A DNA stretch of 64,000 nt from Elsinoe ampelina (lineage: Eukaryota). Under the pieces are notes generated by a model. The model was given only the letters and a program-made list of their open reading frames with translations. It had not been told where the DNA came from and did not search any database. The DNA is taken from assembly GCA_010093995.1 (NCBI GenBank), contig ML992503.1, positions 983,234-1,047,233 on the forward strand. The letters are read 5' to 3'. The position numbers and the translations under genes were made by a program. Shown here piece by piece: positions 1 to 11,364 of this stretch. How positions within the stretch are numbered: position 1 is the first letter of the stretch; each line of letters starts with the position of its first letter.

Positions 1-375
1 GGTGTATCGTAGGAGGCTGGATGTAGAGTAAGGGGCGCACACAGCGAAGGCGAATTCGTGGTGTTATGCTCCCATCTGCGGTCTCATGAATCCTGCTGCA
101 CCCAACGGAAAGCTGCTTTCGGCATGGTAGTGCTGTGATTGATTTCGAGAATGATGCTGAGTGAGATTACTTCTGGCTATTCACAATGTGTTTGAGCTCC
201 GATCGCGGCTCTGGCGTGATCTGCCGCCAAAAGCCGAAGGACGACGTCTTGCACGAATCGTGATACTCGGCTCAATTGAGTTCTCTGACTCGGACAATTC
301 TTCACGACTTCTGGCCCTGCAAGCCAAACCAACGAGCATAAATCCTCCCCAAGGATCTCGCTGAACACTGTAGTG

Positions 376-1502
376 ATGGGCGCCGAAAATGCTCAGCCGC
401 CTACTCAAAAGGTCAGCGAGGTCATATCGACCTTTCGACCGACCAGAGTAAGTATAGATCGCGCGTGCGAGACGACAATACCGCTGACCTTTGGTAGCTC
501 TTCAAAGCTCCTGGCCTTCACTACACGTCGATAGACTTTGACGACACTGGCGAATTGCTAGTCTTATCTCGAACGGACGATACTATTCAAATATACAATA
601 CAAGAGCCGGCGCTCATGCAAAAGAGCTCAAGTCTCAGAAATATGGCTGCGGTCTTGCGCGTTTTACACATCATTCACAATCACTCCTATACGCCAGCAC
701 AAAGATCGACGACGGTTTGAGGTACCTATCAGTACACGACAACTCATTCATCAAGTACTTGAGAGGTCACACGGATCGCGTCACGTCCCTATCTCTTTGC
801 CCGAGCAACGACACGTTCCTGTCCGCCTCGCTTGACCACACAGTGAAACTCTGGGACCTCCGCTCAGGATCGCCACAGGGCAACTTGAACCTCTTCGGTG
901 CCACTCTGACTGCGTACGACCCTTCTGCCTCCGTCATAGGCATAGCCTCGGCAGCAACAAATAGTGTCCTCCTCTATGACTTGCGCAACTTCGACAAGCC
1001 CCCTTTCGCGACGTTTGACCTACTCGACACTGAGAAAGGGGCTCGATCTCTGGGACACCGAGTGGGAGAAGGATGGACATCACTAGAGTTCAGCAACAAC
1101 GGCAAGAGCATTCTTGTGGGCACCAGTAGCCATACACACTTTCTGCTAGATGCATTCGATGGAACCCTGACAGGCTACCTCTACCGGCCACCAGGGCCCC
1201 CACCGTTCCCGACAGAGATCAATGCTAAGGACGGCACGCCGCCTAGACACGATGCCGCGGGTCTGCAAGGTGACGCTTGCTTCAGTCCTGATGGTCGATA
1301 CGTGATTTCTCCATCAGCTCAGCACGGTCTTCTGGTCTGGGACAGCATTGGAGAAAAGGATAGGAACAATGTCATAAAGCCGATGACTGATCTGCCTGGC
1401 CCTAAGACGGCGACGGTAGTCGCATACAACCAGAGACACAACCTGATCGCCAGCGCCGGGTCCGACGTGACACTCTGGCTGCCAGATCCGGATCTGATGT
1501 AA
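376..1502 (+). CDS. SWD2: WD40 protein, COMPASS/Set1C and CPF subunit Swd2 (WDR82 family)
   Basis: ATG 376 and intron 448-497 (GTAAGT..CTGAC..TAG) join in frame. WD repeats GHTDRVTSLSLCPSNDTFLSASLDHTVKLWDLR and the Swd2-like segments SQKYG and YLSVHDNSFIKYLRGH are present. Confidence 0.9.
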
Positions 1503-1837
1503 AGAGAAGCTGAAGAATGATCATGATACCCACGAAGCAGTTTTCCCAAATGAGGGAAAGGTGGAAGGATGGTATTGCATTGATACCCGACCCGTTGATT
1601 TCAACAGGTCACAGATAATAACAAGAAGAGATATTCGCTACACAAGCCGAATGCAACACATTCCCAACAGACAGACCAAGTCATCTGGTCTTTCACTCAT
1701 GCTGCTCCGGCACCGATAGCCTTTTGTCCAACCCAAACAATGCCAAATTCACACGCAATGCCTCTCGAACCAAATCAATACACTTCGCTTTTCCCCAACG
1801 CCGTATACAGTTCCCTTCATTGCCCTTCACAGCTCAA

Positions 1838-3490
1838 TCAATACTCAGGAAAATGCGCTGTCTCCTCCCTCGCATCAGCCGGACTCAACGCCGGCGGCGC
1901 CTGCTGCCCCGTCTTCCTCATCAGCGCAGACAACTGATTCACGCTCCCACTAAACCAGCCTCCACTCTCATCCAGCCTCCTCCTCTGCTCCGCGTCTTCT
2001 TCAAAACTGCTCATCCTCGCCGGCCGCCGGATCGGACTCGCCGTCTCGCTCCCCGCAACCGAGGCGTGGACGTAGCTCTCCTCCAACCCCTGCGAGGAAG
2101 GCTGGGATTTCGACTGGCTGTTCGTCCTCACGCGCGAGGCGGGCGCCATTTCGAAGCGGAACTCGTATGCTGACGCGGGCGTGGCGCTACCGGTGGAGGA
2201 GGCGACGTCGTTTTCGTCAAAGTTGTAGTAGCTGTTGTCTTCGCCGTCCGAGGCCGGGTAGCCGTGCATGACGAAATCGGCTTCCTCGGCCGCTACGGCT
2301 GCGTCGTCTTCGTCCGCTTCGTCGTCGCCGGATTCAGGGGAGGCGTCGTTGGACAGGTCGGCGAGTTTTTTATTCAAGGAGGTGAGTTGGTCTCGCAAGC
2401 GTTGGCGGGTGCGGTTGTTGGCTGTTGTGGCTATTTGGGTTTCGAGGTCGGAGATTTGGAGGACGAGGGTGGTGGAGTCGGGTTTCTCTTCGGGGATTGG
2501 AGGCCGGGCTGTGGAGGAGCGTTCTGGTGGTGGAGTGAGAGTTGCCATGGCCGCTTGCATACTGACGATGTCGGAGAAGCATTTCTCAAATTCGCGAAGA
2601 GCAGGCTTGTCGTTGATGGCGAAGACGATTTCTTTGATGCCTGGCCAGGTCGCGGGGGATTTGGATGTGCCAAAGATAGACTTCTTCCAGAGACGGGCAA
2701 CTTCTCGTGGTGGATTGCCGTACAGACCGCATCCCCAGGCGCCTAGGACGAGCTTTTCGACCCCTCTGCTTTGAGCAATGCGGAGAACAGCACGCATTTT
2801 CGACATGACGAGCTCGCGGTCCTGGTCGCAGTATGAGACGCCACAGGAACAGCCTGGTCGGATCGTATCGCCATCATGCTTCCAGCGAGGAGCACCTGGA
2901 AATCTGATCATGCAAGCCGATATCACGTCAACAAATACTCGGTCCCTTTTCGAAAGTTCCTCCGCCTCGGTTGTGGAGTCGCCGAAGACCAGAATATCTG
3001 GTGACCAGATGCCGCCAACTTCAGGGAGTGGGTAGAGGTTCTCTCGAAGTAAAGAAGCGTATAGGGTGGATCGCTGGCATAGAAATTCCTCTTGCGAATG
3101 GACTCCCTCGAGAAACCCTCCTCCTGGCTTGATGGCCGCAGCCTGATTCAAGATGCAGACGTTGGCTACCTTTTTCATTGCCTGTTCTCGGCCCACACTG
3201 GTCGACATGGACGTTCTTCGGGAGGAGTAGGTCATTTGCCGGGCTGCGGTCAAGGCGTCGGTATCCTTAACCCGAATGCGAATTTGAGCCGCGGGCTCTG
3301 TTGTCGGACTGTCCTCTCTGTGCGGTGGTGGGTCGATGACCTCCACACTGTTGTGTATGCCATGTCTCGCTCTCGGGCTTGTCCGCAGGTACTCAGGTAT
3401 CGTTTTGTTGACGATCTCCGCCGACCGCATTGCCCTCTCGTCTCTTGTCAAGCCATGCGAGCGCACCCTGAGCCCTGAGCCCATTTGCAT
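1838..3490 (-). CDS. Microbial-type poly(ADP-ribose) glycohydrolase / macrodomain protein (TIGR02452/DUF2263-like) with an acidic disordered C-terminal tail
   Basis: Motifs ILNQA..KPGGGFLEGVHSQEEFLCQRSTLY (GGG-x6-QEE PARG signature) and LVLGAWGCGLYGNPP. First ATG at 3490. Confidence 0.85.
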   Translation of the reverse strand: MQMGSGLRVRSHGLTRDERAMRSAEIVNKTIPEYLRTSPRARHGIHNSVEVIDPPPHREDSPTTEPAAQIRIRVKDTDALTAARQMTYSSRRTSMSTSVGREQAMKKVANVCILNQAAAIKPGGGFLEGVHSQEEFLCQRSTLYASLLRENLYPLPEVGGIWSPDILVFGDSTTEAEELSKRDRVFVDVISACMIRFPGAPRWKHDGDTIRPGCSCGVSYCDQDRELVMSKMRAVLRIAQSRGVEKLVLGAWGCGLYGNPPREVARLWKKSIFGTSKSPATWPGIKEIVFAINDKPALREFEKCFSDIVSMQAAMATLTPPPERSSTARPPIPEEKPDSTTLVLQISDLETQIATTANNRTRQRLRDQLTSLNKKLADLSNDASPESGDDEADEDDAAVAAEEADFVMHGYPASDGEDNSYYNFDENDVASSTGSATPASAYEFRFEMAPASRVRTNSQSKSQPSSQGLEESYVHASVAGSETASPIRRPARMSSFEEDAEQRRRLDESGGWFSGSVNQLSALMRKTGQQAPPALSPADAREETAHFPEY

Positions 3491-5151
3491 CTTTCCGGCA
3501 ACCACAGTGTGCGTCTCGGCTTTATCGACAAGGTATCAACATGCGATTGCGGCTCCACCTGTTGTTGCGATGTCGGCTTATGAATCCTAGGCGAGTCCAA
3601 GGTCTGTCGAGGAGATGTGCAGTCCAGTGCGGTCGCGGCAGGACACCAAAGTCGAATCGATAGGAGGAGAAGAATGCAACTTCACATGGAAAATCCGGCC
3701 ACGCAATATGACGTCCAGAAACGCATCCGCAGTCATATGCAAGGCAAAATCTCCGGAGGCTTGTGACAGTCCGATAAAGTGGGGAAGAATCGAACGGCCG
3801 AGAGTTTTGCAACGGTGCCGCCGTCGAAGGATTAAAACTCGTCAAGAGGTCATGCGACAGTTGCGCCAGCGAGCGATTGGAGGCGTCTATGTGCCGCTAC
3901 GGGAGTATGCATGGAGGGAAAAGAAAGCAGGAGCGAAAGACATTCACACACGCGAAACCCAGATGAGGAGGTCCGACGGAGAAGCGACTTTGAGCCTCGA
4001 GCAACACTCGTGGTCTCGGTGATGATCTGGATGCGCTTGACCGTTTCCTGCCTAGCCTGTAAAACCTTACGAGTCAAGCTTGACATGTGAAAGCATTTAT
4101 CCCGAAAGCGGCTTCTAGCACGAGGTCTTGGCAACGTCGCTGCTGGCTTCGGCATGCGGCATCCTGTTTGGGAGTGAGACTTGCAGATCTTGATACATCA
4201 CTATAAACGTCGACAAATCTCTACTGCCCTTTCTATGCATTACCAGTGAAGGGCATGGATGGTTTGGCTCATCGAATGGTACCTGACAATCGGTCTGCTG
4301 TTGCGAGGCCGTGTTTGATCTGCATGGAGAAAGAGAAAGGGAACGTGGATGGTGAAGCACATGTAACGATTGAGGTGATGCAAGGTGCTGCTGGATTGCA
4401 GTCTTCACATGCACTGCCAACCTAATGACAACCTGGACTCACCGTCTGGAACTTTGTTTGCAGTACTTGTCATGACGGCGAAGGAAAGGGTGAAGTGGAC
4501 GTCGACTGAAGCTGTTGTTGCGTCCGAGCCCCCAAGCTCTGCCGATAGCGTGAGATGGTTATGGGGATCCATTGATAATGTCGATGTAGTTGACGAGCGA
4601 TTGGGATGAATGGGGATGGTGTTGTGGTTGTGAGTGATGTCGGGAAGAAGTCAGAGGTGGTAGAATTTTGGAACACTCATCCGGCTTCGAAGGCAAGTAT
4701 GATGTGCGGTCAGCGCTCTTTACATCACAAAACTACTTGATCTCCGGATAGGGACCAATTATCTCTCTTTGCAGGTTGATGGCGAGCAGTCACGATCGAG
4801 ATTCACGTACGAAAGGTTGAATTTTGGTAATATGATAACATTCGCGTTGCTTCACAAACAACCCTCACCACACTCATGAAATTCATCACAACCCTATCCT
4901 TGTCACTGTCGTTACATTCCGTTCATTGAAGCGGAATCTTCACCTTCACCGCAAGCTTCGCCATCACAAGCGAGGGACTCTCGACTCATCCGGAGCTTCA
5001 CTGTTGGCATCATTCATAGGCATTTCTCACTGCTCATTCGCTTTGCGATCAAGCGCTCATCAAACTGCCACCGAAGAACAGCAAACCACGCACGAACAAG
5101 TCCAACGACCGTCAATCGACACTGCCCATGTTCTCGAATCGGTGGTACAGC

Positions 5152-6460
5152 ATGCCGCAAGCATCTTCAGCGGCGATGGAGAAGTATCAGCACACGAGCA
5201 ATTTTAAAGAGACGCAAGGATCACTGCATGAGCTCACCCCAGCCTTGAAGCAGGAGAGCTTTAATGACGAGGTGATCTCCGGCATCGATGAAATTAGAGA
5301 GCCTCACTGACAATGATTGTAGCTGTACACACCTCTATCCCAAGTGACGTCCACCAAGAAGATCGCGGGGATCAGATCGAACACGTCTGCCGAGCAGGGC
5401 ACCGGCGTGAAGAAGGAAATGATAGAGCCAAACATCTCTGAGAAGGTCAGTTACACTCTACAAGTACAGCAGATAAACCCGCAGCTGACGATGTTGGACA
5501 GAAACGAAAACGTTTGGACGCCGACAAGAGACCAGAGAAGGCAAAGATTACGAGAGGAGACAAGGTGCCCTCGAACGCCAACCAACACATCGAAATCGTC
5601 CTCGCCGGTCTATACGTCTCCGAAGACCTTCGCCAGAAGATCCGAGACTTCATCAGCGACATCAAACCCGTCAGCAAGAAGATAGCCGAGACACCCTAAA
5701 CCGCAGACTCGATGCCATCCACAATCGAGACGTTTGCAATCGCGACCAACATAGTCAAGAATGGGCTATTTTCGGATGGTCTCGAGGAGGACGAAGATCC
5801 AACCGAGGCGGCAGTCGCCATTGCCCTGGAGCACTTTGAGTGTAGCGCTACATGGGCAGCACATCCTGAGCTGGACTCGGCATGGAACTCATTCGTTGAA
5901 GTTGAGACAGCACTTAGTGGACTACCGGCAGCCGATATGGTCAAACCAAGTGGCCACGGCAACATCGCCATGGCGATGCACTACGTACCAAAAAGACTGG
6001 GACTTCGTCAAGACTTCAGAAACACGATTGATCTGAGGGAGCCTTGCATATCGATGGCCGCGAGCAAGATGGCCATGGAGAGTGAAGTCGAGCTTGAATC
6101 GGTTAGAACCTGGTTCGAGACTTACTTCAGACACGCCGAGGTCCATCGAGGAGCGGATTCAACAGTCGAGGACCGCACACGACCATATCACATCGTGGCG
6201 GATGATGTGGTCGACCTCCACATGCAATACCGCCAGTCCCTTTGGCAAGCGCTGGACTGTCCGCTAGGCCTCATAATGGGCAACGCGTCGCTTGAGGTCT
6301 TCAAAAAACAAGCAAGCAACCTGAAAGCCATTCCCTTCTCGACGGTCCATATGTTCGGTTCTCCAGCAGCACTGTACATCGAGTACGAAGCTGACACAAC
6401 GACGATGCATCGCCTCACATGTGCCGTGTACCATCCCGAATCGTGATTATACCCAACCAA
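5152..6460 (+). pseudogene. Copy A of a tandem decayed gene family (putative UDG-like core)
   Basis: Spliced 5' part with introns ~5272-5321 and ~5446-5501 (canonical signals). In-frame TAA at 5697-5699 leads straight into ORF 5712-6446. TGA at 6444-6446 sits where copy B has Trp (HPES*LY vs HPEYWLY). Confidence 0.7.
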
Positions 6461-8400
6461 ACGCGGAAGGTATCGTCGACGCCGCGCTCGAGCGAGTCCA
6501 ACTAGGATTCGACTGGCCAGCCACCACCACAGATGTCGACCGTCTGTGGGACGATTCTGTCCGAACGGAAGTCAATGCCACTGGTCATCCGGCCTCCGAC
6601 CTTGTCAAGGCTTTCGGACCTGGGAATATTGCCATGGCGCTGCATGGTGCACCAAAGAGACCCGGACTCCGGCAAGATTACGGTACAACGATTGACACCC
6701 GCGAGCCATGCATCCGCCTGATCTCATGCAAACTTGGCGCGAAGAACGTCGTGTCCGAGCTCGCGTCAATTAGAAACTGGTTCGAGACTCACTTCCGACG
6801 TGCCGTCGTTTTACGCGGGCCACATCACGACAGAAGGGCGCAAAAGAAGCCGTACGCGGCGACTGGTCAAGGCGGGTTGGATTTGCACGTGGAGTTTCGC
6901 AAAGAGCTTTGAACGTCGTTGACCTGCCCACTCGGTCTGGTCATGGCAGCCAGCTCTCTGGCCATTCAAGCAAGATGCCCCCTTCATTCGCGCCTATCCA
7001 TTCTCCGAAGTCAAGGTCATGGGAAGTAAGGCCGGTCTTGAATACGGAGACGAACATTTCACCAAAATCCGCCGACTCGTCTGTGCTGTGTATCATCCAG
7101 AATACTGGCTTTACAACACTAATGAGGCTTCCGCAGAGGTGAATGATCTAGCCTGGAATTTCATTTTTTGCCTGCAATGGGATGAAGGCATACAACGCTG
7201 ATTATCTGAGATGGAAGACGCGCGGAGCTAGTGGAAAAAGCACTCATGAGGGTGAAGATGACATTGCTTGGGGCGCAGTCGGTGTGCATCTCGTCGCCTT
7301 AATTCTTTTTAAAGGCTCTTGTCTGTGTCAAAATTCCCGGATCATAGTCAAAGCGCGCTGGTTGAGAAGGGCATTGACCTGAGTGGTACACCAAGCAGAG
7401 GGTCCGCCATCTTCGAGCTGGCCCTTCAACTCCTCACGGCCAAAGTCATCAGCGCGAGTCAGCTTAGACTACCTGAACAATCTGGGGTTCCTGAAGACAT
7501 CCGATCGTCAATGCACGCTATGTTCATGAAAATCCAACAGGCCTTGGATGCAAGTCGTCGGAACACCTTGTGTGGAACCATCAAAGATCTCGGTGGCTCG
7601 GCCGAGTTACTCGAGGCATATATCAAAGTATATTTGAATTACTACATCAGCTCTCCTTCATCACGACAACCTGAACAAGTCGACACCATCATCACTTCTT
7701 CCTTTCATGAATCTGAGCACTCTATGACTCTGCACACACTTTGTTGATGTAGCACTCTTTTGGGTGAGATCTCGCGGACAGGCAAGGAAGCGCACCCACG
7801 AAGTCCTCGGACAGACAGAGGCGGAGCTGAACAGCGGCAAGAAGACATGGGAAACACGTCGTTCACGTCTGAACACGAGCGGCAAAACAGAGAAAGAGAA
7901 AGGCAGTGGTGCCTAACTAGCAGCGACCAACATCAAACGCTGGGAGGAGAAAGGCAGGACGGCAGCGGAAATCGCGGCCAACACGGCTCGTGGCAAGAGG
8001 GTGTTCGAGAAGAAGGCACAAGAAGACATGGTGCAAGAGCAACGCCAAGAGGAGTGGTACAAAGCACATCCCGACGCTGGCTACACTAAGCGACTGAATG
8101 AGAAGGAGAAGATTGTTGCAGAGATGATGATGTCCGGCAAGCCTGCAGAATCGATCGACACATTTCGCCGCAGGCGCCGTAGACACGGGTTCAGGCGTGT
8201 AACCATGTACGAACGACGGAGCAAAGCTGGCGAGTCCCATACAAAGTGAAAAGAGTACGAGGCTCTCGAGTCACTCATGGCAAGACGCAAAGACCAAAGC
8301 CGTCTTGAATGGAGGGCAGCCCACGAACTCGACAAAATCACGCCGGGGTTCTACCAGAGGCTTGTGAAGGAGGTGAAGGTGGCAGGAGGAAATGAAGCTC
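6460..8400 (+). pseudogene. Copy B of the tandem decayed gene family (core plus helical, charged C-terminal region)
   Basis: GNIAMALHGAPKRPGLRQDYGTTIDTREPCI aligns with copy A. TGA at 6910-6912 is at a Trp position. Frameshifts near 6965 and 7165. The C-terminal fragment WYKAHPD..RVTMYE aligns with copy C. Confidence 0.7.
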
Positions 8401-10334
8401 TGGAGAACTACCAGGCCATTAAGATATGAAGGATGGCTCCGTGAAGTGACCGATGCCGATACGACTGGGCGGTGGGAAGTCCTACTACTTCCACCTGTCA
8501 AGTCAGCACCGCCATCCGCAGCTTGTGGGATAGGTTCACCAAAGAAGAAAGCATCCTTTCCGGTTTGCCTCAATCGAAGCTGGTCATGCCAGGTGGGACA
8601 GGTCCAATTCTCTTCGGTCTACATTACGCACCAGAAGCTCGCGGTACGAAAGATTTCGGTTGTGCCATTGACATTCGCAATCCATACATCCGCCTGACGG
8701 CAAAGATGAATGTACCCGTCGACGCGGAGACTTTCAGAACGACTAGAACATGGACCGAGACCTTCTTTCGATTGACACCGAGCATCAGGACGAAAGAAAC
8801 ACCACTCACGAAATGCAAGATCGACCTTGTCAGCACTTTGGAGATGAGGTTGTCAATCTTCACCACTAGCTATGCAAGGATATTTGGACTTCCAGCGCAG
8901 CTCGGCTTGGCCTGATACTCGGCAAACAATCTTTTGCTCACTATCGAGCAACTGTACCAGACGCCAAGGTCATCCAGTTCTCCACCAGAAAGTTATGTCA
9001 GACACCAGCCAGCTTGATCGTCGAGTACAATGAAGACGACCAGACCCGGCGCCTCACGTGTGTAGTTTTACACCCAGAGATGTTCTTCTGCAGAGTCAGA
9101 TCAGCGCCAGCAGAGCTCAACGATTTGACATGGAACTTTGTGTTTCATTGCGCAGGTCTTTCCACTTACAACGAGACGTACTCGCAGTGGCGCTCTCGTC
9201 ACGTGTTGGAGCTCCACGAGACGCTGTTGGAGTCTCGTCGCCAGTCCTTGTTGAAGTTTGTCAGGGAAGATGGCGGATCCGAGACTCTCAAGAATGGGAT
9301 CATATCTTCTCACAGCATGAACTGGCACCTACCTTCTCGAGGAGCAAAGGCTTACCAAGGATCCCGTACTGTTGCCAGATCTCAAGAAGTACCAACACTC
9401 TCGTGGGGAGACGATCAGGAAGCGACAAGCCGAGTTCGGTCGCAGCGCTGCTGAGATCGCGGGCAGCATCAAGTGCTCGATCGCTCATGAGGAGCAAATG
9501 GCAACGACCGGCAGGATAGAAGCCGAGAAGGGAGCCAAGACCAAAATGGTGGAGACCAACAAGCTGTTTTGTGACCTCTTTGGGACACTGGAGGGGTCGT
9601 GTCAGAAGGCCGCGGCGACCCGCAAGGCGCGTCAACAGGGGATTGGATGCACCGAGAAGGAATTGGTAGCTCCTGCCAACATCTCCGCTACCGTTAAGCG
9701 GCGTCACGAACTTGGGCTACTTAGCGAGGCTGAAAAGGCCGCAAAGGCGGCTCGTCCTCTTGCTCTTGCTAAATGCCAGAGGGAGCAGGGCCTCACGGAG
9801 AAAGAAGCGGCCTGGCAAAACAGAGGAGAAGCATCGAGGGATGCTGCGGAAGAAGGCATCAAGGCGTGGTACGAACAGAACCCGGATCCAGATCTCGCCC
9901 AACGCGAAGAGAACTCTCGAAAAGGTTTACAGCCTCATATTGCCGCTGGTAAGAGTGACAAGGATGTGGAAACAAAGCGTCGCAAGCAGCGAATTGAAGA
10001 AGCGGATCGCGTGACAGCGTATGAGCACATTCGAAGGGCCGGAGTGCCACTTGCAAAGTGGTTGGCAATGCGTGACCTTAAGAAGAATGCTGCGTCCCTA
10101 CAGAGCATGGAGCTCCCGAAGTGGAGGTCTCTACATCCCTTGAAGGAGATCGGACCGGATTACTACCAGGATTTGCAGGCTCAAGTCACTCTTACCGCCC
10201 AGAACTCCACTAGCGCAGGTCCAAAGGGAAAGGGAAACACGCAAGGATCCTCCAATGAGCAAAAGGTAGCTTGGGATCTTTCAGAGCTGAACGGCGAGAG
10301 CGAAGGAGAAGATGATGACGAGGTTGCATGGTGA
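8400..10334 (+). pseudogene. Copy C of the tandem decayed gene family
   Basis: GPILFGLHYAPEARGTKDFGCAIDIRNPYI..WTETFFR..LGLILGKQS..RRLTCVVLHPEMF aligns with copies A and B. In-frame TAG at 8867-8869 and frameshifts near 8830 and 9370. The 320-aa ORF 9372-10334 carries the C-terminal region. Confidence 0.7.
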
Positions 10335-10418
10335 GCAAGGGGTGTTGGAGCTCACGCGTGGTACGGGAGGTTTCGAGGGTACCTGATGCATATGATAAGG
10401 ACAGTATCCACACACTGA

Positions 10419-10488
10419 TAGCTCAGCAAGCATTTTAGTCATACTCGTAGCTCAGCAAGCATTCAAGCCATACTTGTAGCTCAGCAAG
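10419..10488 (+). repeat. 29-bp tandem repeat, ~2.4 copies (TAGCTCAGCAAGCATT...)
   Basis: Units start at 10419, 10448 and 10477; the 12-nt core TAGCTCAGCAAG is identical in all three. Confidence 0.9.
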
Positions 10489-11364
10489 TCGAGGGCGATG
10501 GTGTGAACGAAATGAGAAGGCGTGGCTGAGATGTGTCAGCAGGCAGGGACGCAGAAGAAGGTGACCTCGACTCTGTGTACCTACTCAATTGAGCGCAGAA
10601 GAGAGCAATTCCTCTCCGAATTGGCAAAGCGGCACACAAAGTGAGGTATTTGGCCAATGAAAAGAAATCTGAGGCTGAAGAGGATGTCCAATTCAGATCT
10701 AGGCAGCTTCCGCGGGACAAGACAATGTTGTAGTCACTGGGATGAATGAGAGATTTCAAACGAGGCTGTCAATGGTTATCGATTGCCAGACGAGGAAGAT
10801 TAGAGCAGGCATTAAAAGCAGCAGATGCGAACAGAATAGCGCTAGGTGTGTTTCAAGCTCAATGACAATCTCAGAATGGAAGGGAAACTGGTTGCAGTGT
10901 TGAGAACAGCAATAATACAAGGACGGAGGGGTGATTGATTTGCTCTATGCGACGACGCAGAGCATTACCACTTCCTTGTATACCTTCGCGCCTGAGACAA
11001 TCTCCATGGCTTACTTGATAGTGCACCAAGTCCTCCATGAAGGGCGTATGGCATGGCGTCGGAGCCGGAACCACTTCGACGACGAGTCGGCTGCCCGGAA
11101 AGTCCTCTGGGTTCGGCCTTTTTAGTGCAAGGAGCGTCAAGGGAAGACCGATATACTTCTAGTGGGTCGGCGTTGAAAATGCTAACCTTGTTGACGTTCC
11201 GTACTAGGCCAAAACGTGAAGCTCCACACTGTGGATGCTAATATAGTGTTACTTATAGGCTGACAAACCTCCGACGTCACATGATCTGATCGGCATTGTC
11301 CATCATTCCTCCGACTCTTCGTGTACCGTGTACGTCTGTCTTCCACCTCACGACTCGACATGAA

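Noticed and set aside
5152..10334. Array as a transposable element, or as DNA using TGA=Trp (mitochondrial insert)
   Set aside because: I saw no transposase, RT or integrase motifs, LTRs or TIRs. The region has spliceosomal introns, nuclear-like GC, many TGG Trp codons, and also TAA/TAG stops and frameshifts.
10419..10488. Repeat resembling a mini CRISPR array
   Set aside because: The genome is eukaryotic, the 'spacers' are near-identical to each other, and there are no cas genes; it is a simple tandem repeat.
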